A stretch of 64,000 nt of DNA, from the NCBI RefSeq assembly GCF_009914755.1, contig NC_060930.1. The stretch is one strand, 5' to 3'. The first letter of the stretch is position 1. Every line of letters starts with the position of its first letter. Position numbers and translations under genes: made by a program. A model generated the notes under the pieces. The model saw nothing but the letters and a program-made list of their open reading frames with translations. It did no database searches and was not told the DNA's origin. The DNA is from the human T2T-CHM13v2.0 reference genome, Homo sapiens. Of this stretch, positions 38,595 through 50,683 are shown in pieces.

Positions 38595-39948
38595 TTTTCA
38601 GTTTTATTTAGGTATGAGTGATAAATAAATATTGCATGTATTTCAGATATACTGTGCAATATTTTGATATATGTGTACATTGTAAAAGGACTCCCAATCA
38701 AGCTAATTAAACTATCTCTTACTTATCTTTTTGGGGGGGTGCAAGGGAGAGAGGGGAAGAACATTCTATATCTACTCCCCAGCAACTTTCAAATGTACAA
38801 TACGTTATTATGAACTATAGTGATGATGTTGTAAATTAGGTCTCCAGAACTTAGTCACTTATAAATAAAAGTTTTTATCCTGTGAACCACATGCCTCCTG
38901 CGACCACCATTTACTCTCTATGAATCCAAATTTTTATATTGCACATATAAGTGAGATCACACAATATTTTTCTCTCTGTGTCTGGCTTATTTCACTTAAA
39001 ATAATGTCCTCCAGGTTTATACAGGTCACAAATGTCAGAGTTTCCTTTTTTTTAAGGCTGAGTTGTATTCCATTGTGTTCAGACACTGCATATTCTTTAT
39101 GTATTCATTCATTGACCAGTTCTTAGAATTTTCTATATTATGGCTATTGTGAGTAATACTGCAATGAACATGTGAGTGCAGATATGTTGTCAAAATACTG
39201 ATTTCATTTCTTTTGGGTGTATACTACATCATGAGATTGCTGTGTCTTATGATGGAAACACTTCTGGTTTTTTGAGGAACCCCTATATTGTTTTCTATGA
39301 TGGCTTTACCAAATAACAACACTACCAATAGTGTACATGGGTTTACTTTTCTCTAAATTTTCACTAACTTTTTATTTTACTTTTTAAATAACAGTCATCC
39401 TCACAGATGTGAGGAGACATCTCAATATGGATTTGATGTGCATTTCCCTGCTGAATAGTGATGTTGAAGATTTCTTCAGATATCTGCTAGCCTTTTGCAT
39501 ATCTTCTTTCGAGAAATGTCTTTTCAGGTCATTTGGCTATTTTTAATTGGTTTATTTGTTTTCATTTTTGCTGTTGAGTTGTATGAGTTCTTTATGTCTT
39601 TTGCATATTAGCCCTTCATCAGATAGATGGTTTGAAAATATTTTGTGACCTTTGATAGGTTGTCTTTTTATTTTGTTGTTTACTTTATTGTGCAAAAACT
39701 TTTTAGTTAGATGTAGCTCCATTTGTTTGCTTTTTATTTTGTTACATGTGCTTCTGGTGTCATATCCAAACAAACTATTGCCAAGACCAATAGTAAGAAG
39801 ATTTTCTTCTGGAATATTGATAATATCATGACATATTTAAGTCTATAGTCTATTTGAGTTGATTTATGTGTATAGTGTAAGATAAGAATCCAATTTCAAT
39901 TTTATTATGGCTATCCGGTTTTTCCAATACCCTTTACTAAAGTGACTA
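38595..39948 (-). mobile_element. L1MA(8-10)-like 3' part (host of Tigger1)
   Basis: Antisense 3'UTR (ATCAAGCTAATTAA..TAGGTCTCCAGAACTTA) and ORF2 end (KIKRQP..KIFSNHLSDEGLI). Confidence 0.85.
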
Positions 39949-40809
39949 CAAGCATACTTCATTTTATTGTACTTCACAATACTGATTTTTTTTTTAACAA
40001 ATGGAAGGTTTGTGACAACCCGGTGTCATTCAATTTTATTGGCATTATTTTTCCAACAATATATGCTCACTTTGTGTTTCTGTGTCACAGTTTCATTATT
40101 TTTTAAATATTTAAACTTTAAAAAATTATTATATTTGTTATGGTGACCTGTGATTACTGATCTTTGATGTTACTATTGTAGTAGTTTTGGGCATCACAAA
40201 CTCTACCCATAAAAGATGACAAACTTAATTGATAGAGACTGTATGTGCTTTGACTATTGTACTAACCAACCATTCCCCATTTCTCCCTCTTCTTGGGCCT
40301 CCCTATTCCCTGAGATACAACAGTATTGAAATTAGCCCAATTAATAACCTTCTAATGGCCTCTAAGTGTTCATGTAAAAGAAAGAATTTCATATCCCTCA
40401 CTTTAATCAAATGCTTGAAAAAATCATTAGGCTTACAGAGAAATGCATGTAGAAACATAAGATAGGCCAAAAGGCAAGCCTCATGTGCCAAACAGTTACC
40501 CAAGCTGTGTATGCAATAGAGAGATTTTCAAAGGAAGTTAAAATGAGACTCTAGTGGACACATAAATTATAAGAAAGCAAAACAGTCTTCTTGCTGTTAT
40601 GGAGAAAGTGAGTGTTCTGGATAGAAGATCAAACCAGACACAACATTTCTTTAAGCCAAAGCCTACTTCAGGTCAAGGGCCTAACTCACTTCAAACCTGT
40701 GAAGGTTGAGAGATGTAAGAAAGATACAGAAGAAAAATTTGATACTAGCAGAGGCTGGTTCAAGAGTTAACATACCATTAAATCTCCATAACATACAAGT
40801 GCAAGGTGA

Positions 40810-41009
40810 CATTTCACCTGTAAAAACTCATATAAACTAAAAATAAAGACATGGGAAAAGATACTCTATGCAAATGGAAGCCAGAAAAGAGCAGGAGTAG
40901 CTATACTTATATTAGGTAAAATAGGCTTCAAGAAAGAAACTGTAAAAAGAGACAAGGAAAGTCATCATATAATGATAAAAGGGTCAAATCAGCAAGAAAA
41001 TGTAGCAAT

Positions 41010-41067
<58 letters not shown>

Positions 41068-43990
41068 AAGCTGGAGTACTCAGATATATAAAGTAAATAT
41101 TATTAGACCTAAAGAGAGAGATAGACCCAATACAATAATAGCTAAAGACTTAATAACCCCACTTTCACCTTAGATAGATCATCCAGGCAAAAGATCAACA
41201 ACAAAGACACCAGATTTAATCTGCACTATGGACCAAATGGACCTACAAGACATTTAAATAATATTTTCCCAAACAGTTGCAGAATACACATTATTCTTCT
41301 CAGCACATATATTCATTCTTAAGGACAGACCATATGTTAAGCCACAAAAAAACCCAAACTTAAAAAATTCAAAAAAAGTGTCTTCTCTGACTACAATGGG
41401 AAGAAAACTAGAAATAAACAAGAAGAGAAGTTTTTGAAACTATACAAACACATGGAAATTAAACAATATGCTCCTGAATGACCAGTGGGTTAATAATGAA
41501 ATTAAGAAAAAAATTTTAAAACTTCTTGAAACAAATGAAAATGGAAAGAGAGCATACCAAAGCCTATGGGATACAGAGAAAGTGGTACTAATAGGAAAGT
41601 TTATAGCAATAAGCACCTACATAAAAAAATTAGAGAAACTTCAAATAAACAACCCAGGGATGCATCTTAAGGAACTAGAAAAGAAAGAGAAAGCCAAGCC
41701 CAAAATTAATAAAATAAAAGAAATATTAAAAATATTAAAAATCAGAGCAGAAATAAGTAAAATTGAAGCAAAAACAAAACAAAAGGTCAAAGAAATGAAA
41801 AGATCATTTTTTGAAAAGATAAAACTGACAAAACTCGAGCCAGATTAACAAAGACAAATAAATTTAAAAAATCAGAGATGAAAAACAGGTAATTACAGCT
41901 GATATTGCAAAATTCAAGGGATCACTGGAGACTACTTTGAGCACGTATATGCCAATGAATTGGAAAACTTAGAAGAAATAGATATATCCCTAGACATACA
42001 ATCTACCAGGATTGAGCCATGAAAAATTCAAGACCTGAATAGACCAGTAAGTAATGAGATAGAAGTTGTAAAAAGAAATAAGTAAATAATCCCCCAGAAG
42101 AGAAAAGCCTGGGACCCAATTGTTTCACTGCCAAGCTTTATCAAACATGTGAAGTAGAAATAATACCAGTTCTACTCAAATATTTTTAAAAATTGGGGAG
42201 AAGAAATAGTTTCAAACTCATTCTGTGAAACCAGTTTTATACTGATAACAAAACCAGACAAAGACACATCAGAATGTGTCCCTAGTGAATATTGGAAAAA
42301 TCTTCAAGAAAATACTAGCAAATTAAATTAAACAATAGTATAAAAAGAAGTCCATCATGACCAAGTGAGATTTATTCCAAGAATGCAAGTGGGGTTTGCC
42401 ATACACAAGCCAGTCAGTGTGATACATAATAGCGATGAAATGAAGAACAAAAACCATATAACCATTTTAATTGATACTGAAAAAGTATTTTATAAAATTG
42501 AACATCTCTTTATTATAAAAACTCTTTAAAATGGCTATAGAAGAAACATACTTCACCACAATAAAGCCATGTATGACAAACCCACAGCTAGCATTATACC
42601 AAAAAGAAAAAACCTGAAAGGCTTTCCGCTAAGTTCTGGAACAATACAAAGATGCACCTAGTCACCAGTGTAGTTTAACACAGTAGTGGAAATCCTAGGA
42701 AAAGCAGAGAAGAGAGAGAAATAAAAGACATCCAAATTGTAAAAGAAAAAGTCATTTAAGATTTCTTGAGTTATACTCCACAAGCACAGGCAACCAAAGC
42801 CAAATTGAACAAATGGGGTCACATCATGTTAGAAAGCCTCTGCAAGGCAAAGAAAATAATTCACATGGTGAAGTGATAACCCACAGAAAGGGAGAAAACA
42901 TTTGCAAACTATCTTCTACAAGGGATTAATAACCAGAATATAGAAGGAGCTCAAAAAATTCAATAGGAAAAACTCCAGTAATCCAATTAAAAAATAAGCA
43001 GAAACTCTGAATGTACATTTATAAAAAGAAGACATACAAATGGCTAACAGATGTATGAAAATAAGCTCAACATCATTGATCATCAGAGAAATGCAAATCA
43101 AAATACAATGAGATATCATTTTACCCTAGTAAAAATGGCTTTAATCCAAAAAACAGGCAATAGCAAATTTTGGTTAGGAAGTGAAGAAAAGCAAACCCTC
43201 ATACACACTTGATGAGAATGTAAATTAGTACAGCCACTATGAAAAACAGTATGGCATTCCCTCAAAAAACTGAAAATAGGACTACAATATGATCCAGCAA
43301 TCCCACTGCTAGGTATATACCCCAAGGAGAGGAAATCAATATATTGAACAGATATCGACACTCCCTATTTATAATAATCCTATTGAAGCCCTACTCATAA
43401 TAGTCCAGATTTGTAAGCAACTTAAGTGTTCATCAACAAATCAATCAATAAAAAACTGTGGTGCATATACACAATGGAGTACTATTTAGCCATAATGAAG
43501 AATGAGATCATGTCATTTGCAACATCATGGATTGGACTAAAGGTCATTATGTTAAGTGAAATAAGCCAGGCAAAAAAGACAAACTTCACATGTTCTCACT
43601 CATTTATGGGGGTTACATATTGTTTTAATATTTAATATTATAATCATGAGGATAGAGAGTAGAATGATGGTTACCAGTATCTGGGAAGGGTAGTGGACCT
43701 GGGAGGAGTTAGTGGGGGTGATTAATGGGTACAAAAATATAGTTAGCATAAATAATATCTAGTATTTGATAGCACAACAGGGTAATTACGGTCAAAACAT
43801 ATTGTACAATTTAAAATAACTGAAAGAGTATAATTGGAATGTTTGTAACACAAAGAAAGTACAAATGCTTGTGGTGAGATGAATAACCCATTTATCCTGA
43901 TGTGATTATTATGTATTGTATGCCTGTATCAAAATATCTCATGTACTCTATAAATATATACAGCTACTATATAACCATAAGCATTTTTTA
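40810..43990 (+). mobile_element. 5'-truncated L1MA1/2-type element inside Tigger1
   Basis: ORF2 fragment MLLNDQWVNNEIKKKI..; L1MA1/2-type 3'UTR; 13-bp TSD AAG(T/G)GCAAGGTGA at 40797-40809 and 43991-44003; internal deletion near 42755. Confidence 0.92.
41022..41060. repeat. (TA)n microsatellite
   Basis: Directly visible. Confidence 0.97.
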
Positions 43991-45196
43991 AAGGGCAAGG
44001 TGAAACAGCAAGCAGTGATGTGGAAGCTACAGAAAATAATCTGTAATATCTAAGTAAGATCATTAATGAAGGTGTCTATACTTTTCAATGGAGACAAAAT
44101 TGGCTTCTATTGGAAGAAGATGCCACATAGGACTTTCCTGGCTATAGAGGGGAAGTCAATGTTTGGCTTTAAAGCTTCAAAGGACATGCTTACTCCTTTG
44201 TTAGGTCCATTCTGTAGCCAGTGCATCAAGAAGTAATTTTGACTTTTAAGTCTCATTATTTAAGAAATACTTTCATAAGGCTATAGCTGCCATAGATAGT
44301 CATTTATCTGATGGATCTGGGCAAAGTCAATTGAAAATCTTCTGGAAAGAAATCACCATTCTAGATGCTATTATAAACACCTATAATTTGGAGAAGAGGC
44401 CAAAATATCCACATTAACAGGAGTTTAGAAGAAGTTGATTCTTACCCTTATGAATAACTTTGAGTAGTTCAGGACTTCAGTGGGAAAAGTAATTGCACAT
44501 GTGGTGGAAAGACCAAGAGAACTAGAATTAGAATGGAGCTTGAAGATGTGACTGACTTGCTACAATGTCATGATAAAACTTGAACAAATGAGGAGTTGCT
44601 TTTTATAGAAGAGCAAAAAAAAGTAGTTTCTTGAGATTAAATATACACCTTGTGAAGATGCTGTGAAAATTTTGAAATTACAACAAAGGATTTAGAATAT
44701 GAATTAAATTTGATGAAGCAGTGTCAGGGATTGAAATAATTGACTTCAATTTTGTAAGTAGTTCTACTTTGAGTAAAAAACTATTAAACAACATCACATG
44801 ATAGACTAAAATCTTTCATGAAAGGAAGGGGTCTATTCATGTGGCAAATTTCATTGTTGTCTTGCTTTAAGAAATTGTCACAGCCACCCCAGCCTTCAGC
44901 AGCCATCACCCTGATAAGGTATCAGCCATCAATTTTGAGGCAAAACTCTATATACTGGCAAAAAGTTTATGACATACTGAAGGCTCAGAGGAACATTAGC
45001 ATTTTTAGCAATATTTTTAAATCGAAATAAGTATTTTTAGACAATGCTTTTGCATACTTATAGACTATGGTATAATATAAATATAACTTTTATATACACT
45101 GGGAAAGAAAAGATTCATGTGATTTATTTTATTGTGATATTTACCTCATTGCAGTGGTCTGGAACTAAATCCGTATCTCTCCAGGATATGCCTGTA

Positions 45197-46315
45197 TCTT
45201 TAACTTATTGCATATTTTTGGTATCTTTGTTGAGTATTAGTTGACTATGTATGGGTGGGTTTATTTCTGGTCTCTGTATTCTGTTTTGATTACTATATCT
45301 TTGTAAAATAATTTGAACTCAGGGTGATGCCTTTGGCTTTGTTCTTCTTAGTATTGATTTAGCTATTTGAGGTGTTTTCTGGTTCCTTAGGAATTATACA
45401 CTTATCTTTCTTATTTATATGACAAATGCCTTTTGAATTTTTAATGGTATTGCATTCAATCTATAGAGCTTTGGATAGCGTGGGCTGTTTAACAATATTG
45501 GTTCTTCTGATCCATAGATGAAAATATTTTTCCCTTAATTTGTGTCTTCTTCAATTTCTTTCATCGATATCTCATAGAGTTGGTGTACATATCTTTCACT
45601 TCCTTGGTTAAATTTATTCTTAAGTGTACTTTTATGCTATTGTAAATCAGATTCTTTATTTCTGTTTTTTTGGATAGTTTATTGTTGCTATATGGAAATG
45701 CTACTGACTTTTGAATGTTGGTTTTGTATCCTGCAACTTTGCTGAATTCATTTATTAGTTCTAACTACTTTTGGTGGAGTCTTACTATATACAAGATTAT
45801 GTCATATGCAAACTGAGACAATTTTCACTTTTTTCTTTCTGATTTAAATGCCTTTTATTTGTTTATTGCCTAATTGCTCTGGCTATTCCTATATTGGTTA
45901 GGAGTGGCGAGAATGGACATCCTTGTATCATTCTTGATCTTAGAGGAAATTTCACTATTAAATGTGAAGTTAGCTATGACCTTTTCTTAAATGCCATTTA
46001 TTATCATGAGGTTCAGTTTTTACAGATAGTATTTTGAGAATTTTTATCAGGAAAGATTATTGAATTTTGTCAAACGCTTTTCTGCATTGCTTGAGATGAT
46101 CATGTTTGTCTTTCATTCTGTTAATGTGGTGTATCGTATTTATTGATTTGCATATGTTAAAGCATCCTTGCATCCCTGAGATAAAGTCCACTTGGTCATG
46201 ATGTATGATCATGTTCAGTTGCTATTTAATTTGGTTTGCTAGTATTTTGTTGAGGATTTTTATACCTATGCTCATCAGATATATTGGCTTACAGTTTTCT
46301 TTTCTTGTATTGTTC
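45197..46315 (-). mobile_element. Continuation of host L1MA ORF2
   Basis: Resumes after the Tigger TA; [25 protein letters not shown]. Confidence 0.88.
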
Positions 46316-46525
46316 TTCTCTATCTTAGATGTTGGTATAATCTCTTGCTTACTGCAGTTATTCATTTGTAAGCACAGATGAGAATACATTTTTTGGGCAG
46401 AATATTTCACTACTAATAGAGTTACTATAGACAAGTCCAGAGAAGATTTTAAAAACTTCAGCTTAGGTGGTGAACTGAAAAATAAGTTTAAAACCCACCA
46501 CAATGTTCACCATACTGTGCATACA

Positions 46526-46526
<1 letters not shown>

Positions 46527-46557
<31 letters not shown>
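46527..46557. repeat. (AC)n microsatellite
   Basis: Directly visible. Confidence 0.97.
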
Positions 46558-46561
<4 letters not shown>

Positions 46562-46839
46562 AAAACCAAAATAGCAAGAAAAATCAAAACAAATAAACCC
46601 ACAAAGCTTTTTAAAGCCAATTACCTCATTTTAGTTGCCAAAATGAATCAGAAGTTTTCTAGTCAAGAAAAAAATGTAGTTGACAAATTATTATGTTCTA
46701 TGTAATATTTTACATACTTTACATTTACCATCTTAATGACATGTACAGACTGTTTTAAAAAGTGTTTAAGAAAGGAGATTTAATAAAACTACATTTTTTA
46801 ACATTATGAATTTTTTTAGATACTTAAATTTACCATTAG

Positions 46840-46950
46840 CCTCATTAGAACTAAAGTTCAGGGCTCCAGTTTATTTTTTTCTTCACTATCTTATCCCTTT
46901 CACCAAGTGCCCAGGACATTGAAAGTGGTGATAATTGTTGAAGGAAGTAA
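46840..46950 (+). mobile_element. L2 3' terminal fragment
   Basis: ATTAGAACTAAAGTTCAGGGC..TTCACTATCTTATCCCC..AGTGCCCAGGACAT..TTGTTGAAGGAA. Confidence 0.5.
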
Positions 46951-47254
46951 TATAAAACCAGGTTAATATATCATAGTCAAATTTAATAACACCTATAATT
47001 ATTATACATATTTTCCACTAAAAGGTTTAATTTTGATTGAATGTTTTCTATTTCAAACTCCATCTTCAATTAGTTTTTATATAAATGACATTCATTCTCA
47101 AAATTCCAGGCAAATAGATTTTAACACACTGCTCATTCAAGGGTCAGAACTCCATTTGATGATAAGACTACCACTGTAGCATTGGATGTGAAGAGCAATA
47201 TTTGAAAAAGAGATGTGAATACTCCCATCAGACAATGAAAAGTAAAGGAAGAAA

Positions 47255-47475
47255 ATGTATTGAACATTTATTGAACCACTGATAATATTTACTGGTGCAT
47301 TTAAAGAAATGATTTAACCAATTTATTTCCTTACAGCCACAGAATGAGATGCAAGCTGTTATTCTTGTTTTATACATAAGAAAACTGTGACTTAGAAAAG
47401 TGAAAAGTCATACAAGTACTTAAGTGGTGGGTTTGGATTCAAGCTCTTGAGTGACTTCAAGCCCAGGACTTATTC
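47255..47475 (-). mobile_element. MIR SINE fragment
   Basis: AACATTTATTGA..ATTCTTGTTTTATACATAAGAAAACTGTGACTTAGAAAAGTGAA..GGATTCAAGCTC. Confidence 0.7.
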
Positions 47476-47894
47476 AAATTTTGCATTGGTGTTATGCTAC
47501 ACGTTTCTTTCCAGATTAAAAGAAAACAGTTTTATAAACGGTATACACTCTGTTTTGATTCTCTATGCCATTAATATCTTCTGCCAGTATTTGTTAAAAA
47601 AACTCAGCCTCAATGTCAAAGTTTCTTGAATTTTTAATGATTTCCTATATACAAGTTTATGTCATATGCAAACTGAGATGATATTTTAAATAAAACTCTG
47701 CCTATTTTATTACTCAGTATACATTCATAACCTTCTTGTACTATAATTATTTAATCATCCATACATATCTCTATCAAATTTTGTTCTGTTTAAACTATAA
47801 GTTAAAAAAAATTGTATTTACTTCCTATGTTCCTTCTTTTTGTCTGTCTCTTTCTATTTAGCTACTATAAGTTCAAATATTGACATTTTTGCAG

Positions 47895-50108
47895 GAGAAT
47901 TTGTAATGTTTATGGAATAGATTCTTCTTTTAGGTCTGATATGCAAAGAGTTTGGAAATCATCACTCCCATTATAAAGCTAAGCGATCTGAAAATTGATC
48001 ACTTTTCCTGGACTCCTCAGAGAGCTGAGTTTGCAGAGCAAACTGCCATCCGGAAATTTGGAGGGAGAGACAAATCTAGATAGTCACAGCTGAGATTTGC
48101 TTCCCTGGAGCAGAAATTACTTAACTATAAACTGGTAGAACTTTTAAATAGAAATACTGATACATTTTTGGAAACTAAGTATGGACTTGCTTGACAGTAA
48201 GAAACTGCTATGGTCACAGTTTGAAGGGGCCTTAGACATTCACGAATTTTTTCTCCAGGAATTTCCCTAGGGTTTTCAAGGTGAAGAGCCAAGAGAGTTC
48301 CCCTCATGGCTCTTTCAGGGGAAGGGAGGAGTAACCCTTGTTAAATGCGTTACCAGATAACTCTCCGGTAACGAAGCCTATGCTCCAGGATAAAAGTCTT
48401 TATCTTACCTGGAATAAAGGCATTTCCCTCATTCCAGACCCTTCTAGCCTTCCTCTCTTACTTAAAAGAGGAATCATTTGTGAAGGTCACAGCCCAGGGA
48501 TACAGGCTCACTAAAAAACAGAAATTTAATTATAAGATTATACAATACTTATCTTTCTGCACACATTACCACCGCACCATCATCATTACGTCATAACAAC
48601 AGTGGATTACAGCTGAAAAAGCTGCAAGGTGCCACCTCTATTTGAGGGGGAGCCTTAAGGAAGCCCAATGATTATATGAAGATTTAAAAAGAGGGATAGC
48701 AACAAAAGCACTTGAAGCCTCTGGCACCTAAAGCTACAGCAAATATTGAACGCAGAGCAACAACTAGCCAATCTAACAACAAACATCACAACAAAGGCCT
48801 ATTTATGTCAGTTACTATTACATATGATGTAACAGTGACACAGGAAATTTTCCCTGACCCCTTCGTGGGCCTCGCCACAAGGGTGCCTCACTTGCTCAGC
48901 CTGCAGCTCTCAAGCCTTCACGGGAGGGGAAGCAAGCAGATGAGTGGATGCAGGAGCTGGGGCAAGGGCTTCTGGGCATCAGCAGGAGCAAAATTCCATA
49001 CAGGCTCCATGGTAGCATCTAGGCAGGGAGTACCCATGATCCTCAAAGCCCTAGAAGGCAAATGCTACAGTGCATTCTTTTAGCTTTGCTGTCCGCAGAT
49101 GGCTTAAGTGTTAAACAGCTCACTGGGTCCTCTGCCTTTTCATGTGAGGTGGTTGCTCTTCATTGGTGAGGAAAGAGGGTCAGTGTGACAGCCTTTAGCA
49201 TCTGCACCCATGGCAACCAATCTTTTGTTTGGGGTTCAGGAAAACTCAGGTCATGTGAATGAATTGAACGATAGTAAATATGAAGACTTTATTGCCAATG
49301 AAAGTGACTCTCAGCTGGAAAGGAGATGGAGTGGGAAGGTATCCTTCCCCTGAAGTTCAGCTGTCTCTGGCCGACTCTTCTCCAAAGTCCTGCCATCAAG
49401 CTGTCCCTCCGAAGTCAGGCTGTTTCTCTTTGATGTTCAGCTGGTTCTTCTCTTCTCCCCATCTCTACTCTCTGACAGTGGAGCCTGGGTTTTTTATGGA
49501 TACAGCATGGGGGGCAGGGAGGAACATGGGTGGTTTTTGAAAAGGCAACCATTGGAGCAGGAAAACAGGAATACATGTCCTCAATTTGTGCTACAGTTCT
49601 AGGCTTGAGGGTGGGCTTTGCCAGGTACCCCACTTTTTCCTGTCTAGAATTTTCCTGCCTTCTGTCCCAAACAATAGTAACTGATATAAACCATATTTAT
49701 GTAATACTGTCAGACCATACACCATATATACCTTTAAACAAAAACAAAATTACAAATTTGCTAAAAAGAAAAGGGAAACAAAACACAACCTTAATGGACA
49801 AAATAAGCATCATCATTAGATTTAGATATAACATGGATTTTGGAATGATCAGACAGGGAGTTTCAAATAACCATGTTTAATATTGTGACAGTAATGGGAA
49901 AAGTAGAAAAAATACAAGAAGAAATTCATGATTTTAGCAGAGAAACAGAAATTTTAAAGAAGAATCAAAAGGAAATGCTATAAATTAAAAGTAACAGAAA
50001 TGAAAACACCTTTGATTTGCTCTCTGGTAGAATGACATGAGGAAAAAACACTATGCTTGAAGATATGTCAATAGAATCTTCCCAAATTGAAATGCAAAGA
50101 AAGAGAGA
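47895..50108 (+). mobile_element. Old L1M (L1MC/L1M4-like) 5'UTR and ORF1 start; interrupted by a solo LTR and the LTR10 provirus
   Basis: ORF1-like TTTAGCAGAGAAACAGAAATTTTAAAGAAGAATCAAAAGGAAATGCTA..CTTGAAGATATGTCAATAGAA; resumes at 62667. Confidence 0.75.
48836..49673 (-). mobile_element. Solo LTR of the LTR1/27/28 family
   Basis: TG...CA ends, 4-bp TSD ACAG/ATAG, colinear with the LTR at 27336-28261. Confidence 0.88.
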
Positions 50109-50603
50109 TGTTGGAAATAAAGCTTGGAGTTGCAAAGAAAATGGACACTTAAACAAATAATTTCTCAGCAAGGCAAATTTACTTCTGCAGAAGGGTGCTT
50201 CTCACAAGTCTGGTTGTCCTGAGAGCACACTGAACAAAGGAGGGAAGGGGTTTTTATTTCTAAAGCAGCTTGTCCCTGCCAGCGTGTCCTGTCTCCTTTG
50301 GCTGGAGTTGGACCACACAATTTAAGCTGAACCTGGGTGGCTAACTTGAAAAGTGCAGGAATGTGGTTACACTGGAGAGAAGGACAGTTTTGGCAGGAAG
50401 GGCTGTTGTGATGGGAGGGGTAATTTATAGAGTGGTTAGCAGATGTGGGCTCTGTAGATAAGGACTGATGGGAGAGTTGTTTACTGAAACCAAGACAGGG
50501 AGGCACAAAGAGCAAGGAAGTTTGGCCTTGAAAGTAGAGAACAAAGAACAAGGAAACTAAACAAGCTAAACCTTTGAAGAGGAACTTTTTCTTGTATCTG
50601 AAA
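50109..50603 (-). mobile_element. 3' LTR (LTR10B-like) of HERV-I/HERV-IP10 provirus
   Basis: Direct repeat of 62172-62666; polypurine tract AAAAAGGGGGGAGT at 50604-50617 on the minus strand. Confidence 0.93.
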
Positions 50604-50683
50604 ACTCCCCCCTTTTTAATTTTTTAAGTCTTCCTCTTCAAACCTTTTTAACACTTCTTGACTTTGTTGTTTTGCTTGGCCTT

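Larger units (their letters stand above)
39949..45194 (+). mobile_element. Tigger1 DNA transposon, split by an L1 and internally deleted
   Basis: TA|CAAGCATACTTC...GATATGCCTG|TA termini; Tigger1 internal motifs (TGGATAGAAGATCAAACCAG; CATAAGGCTATAGCTGCCATAGATAGT..GATGGATCTGGGCAAAGT). Confidence 0.92.
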
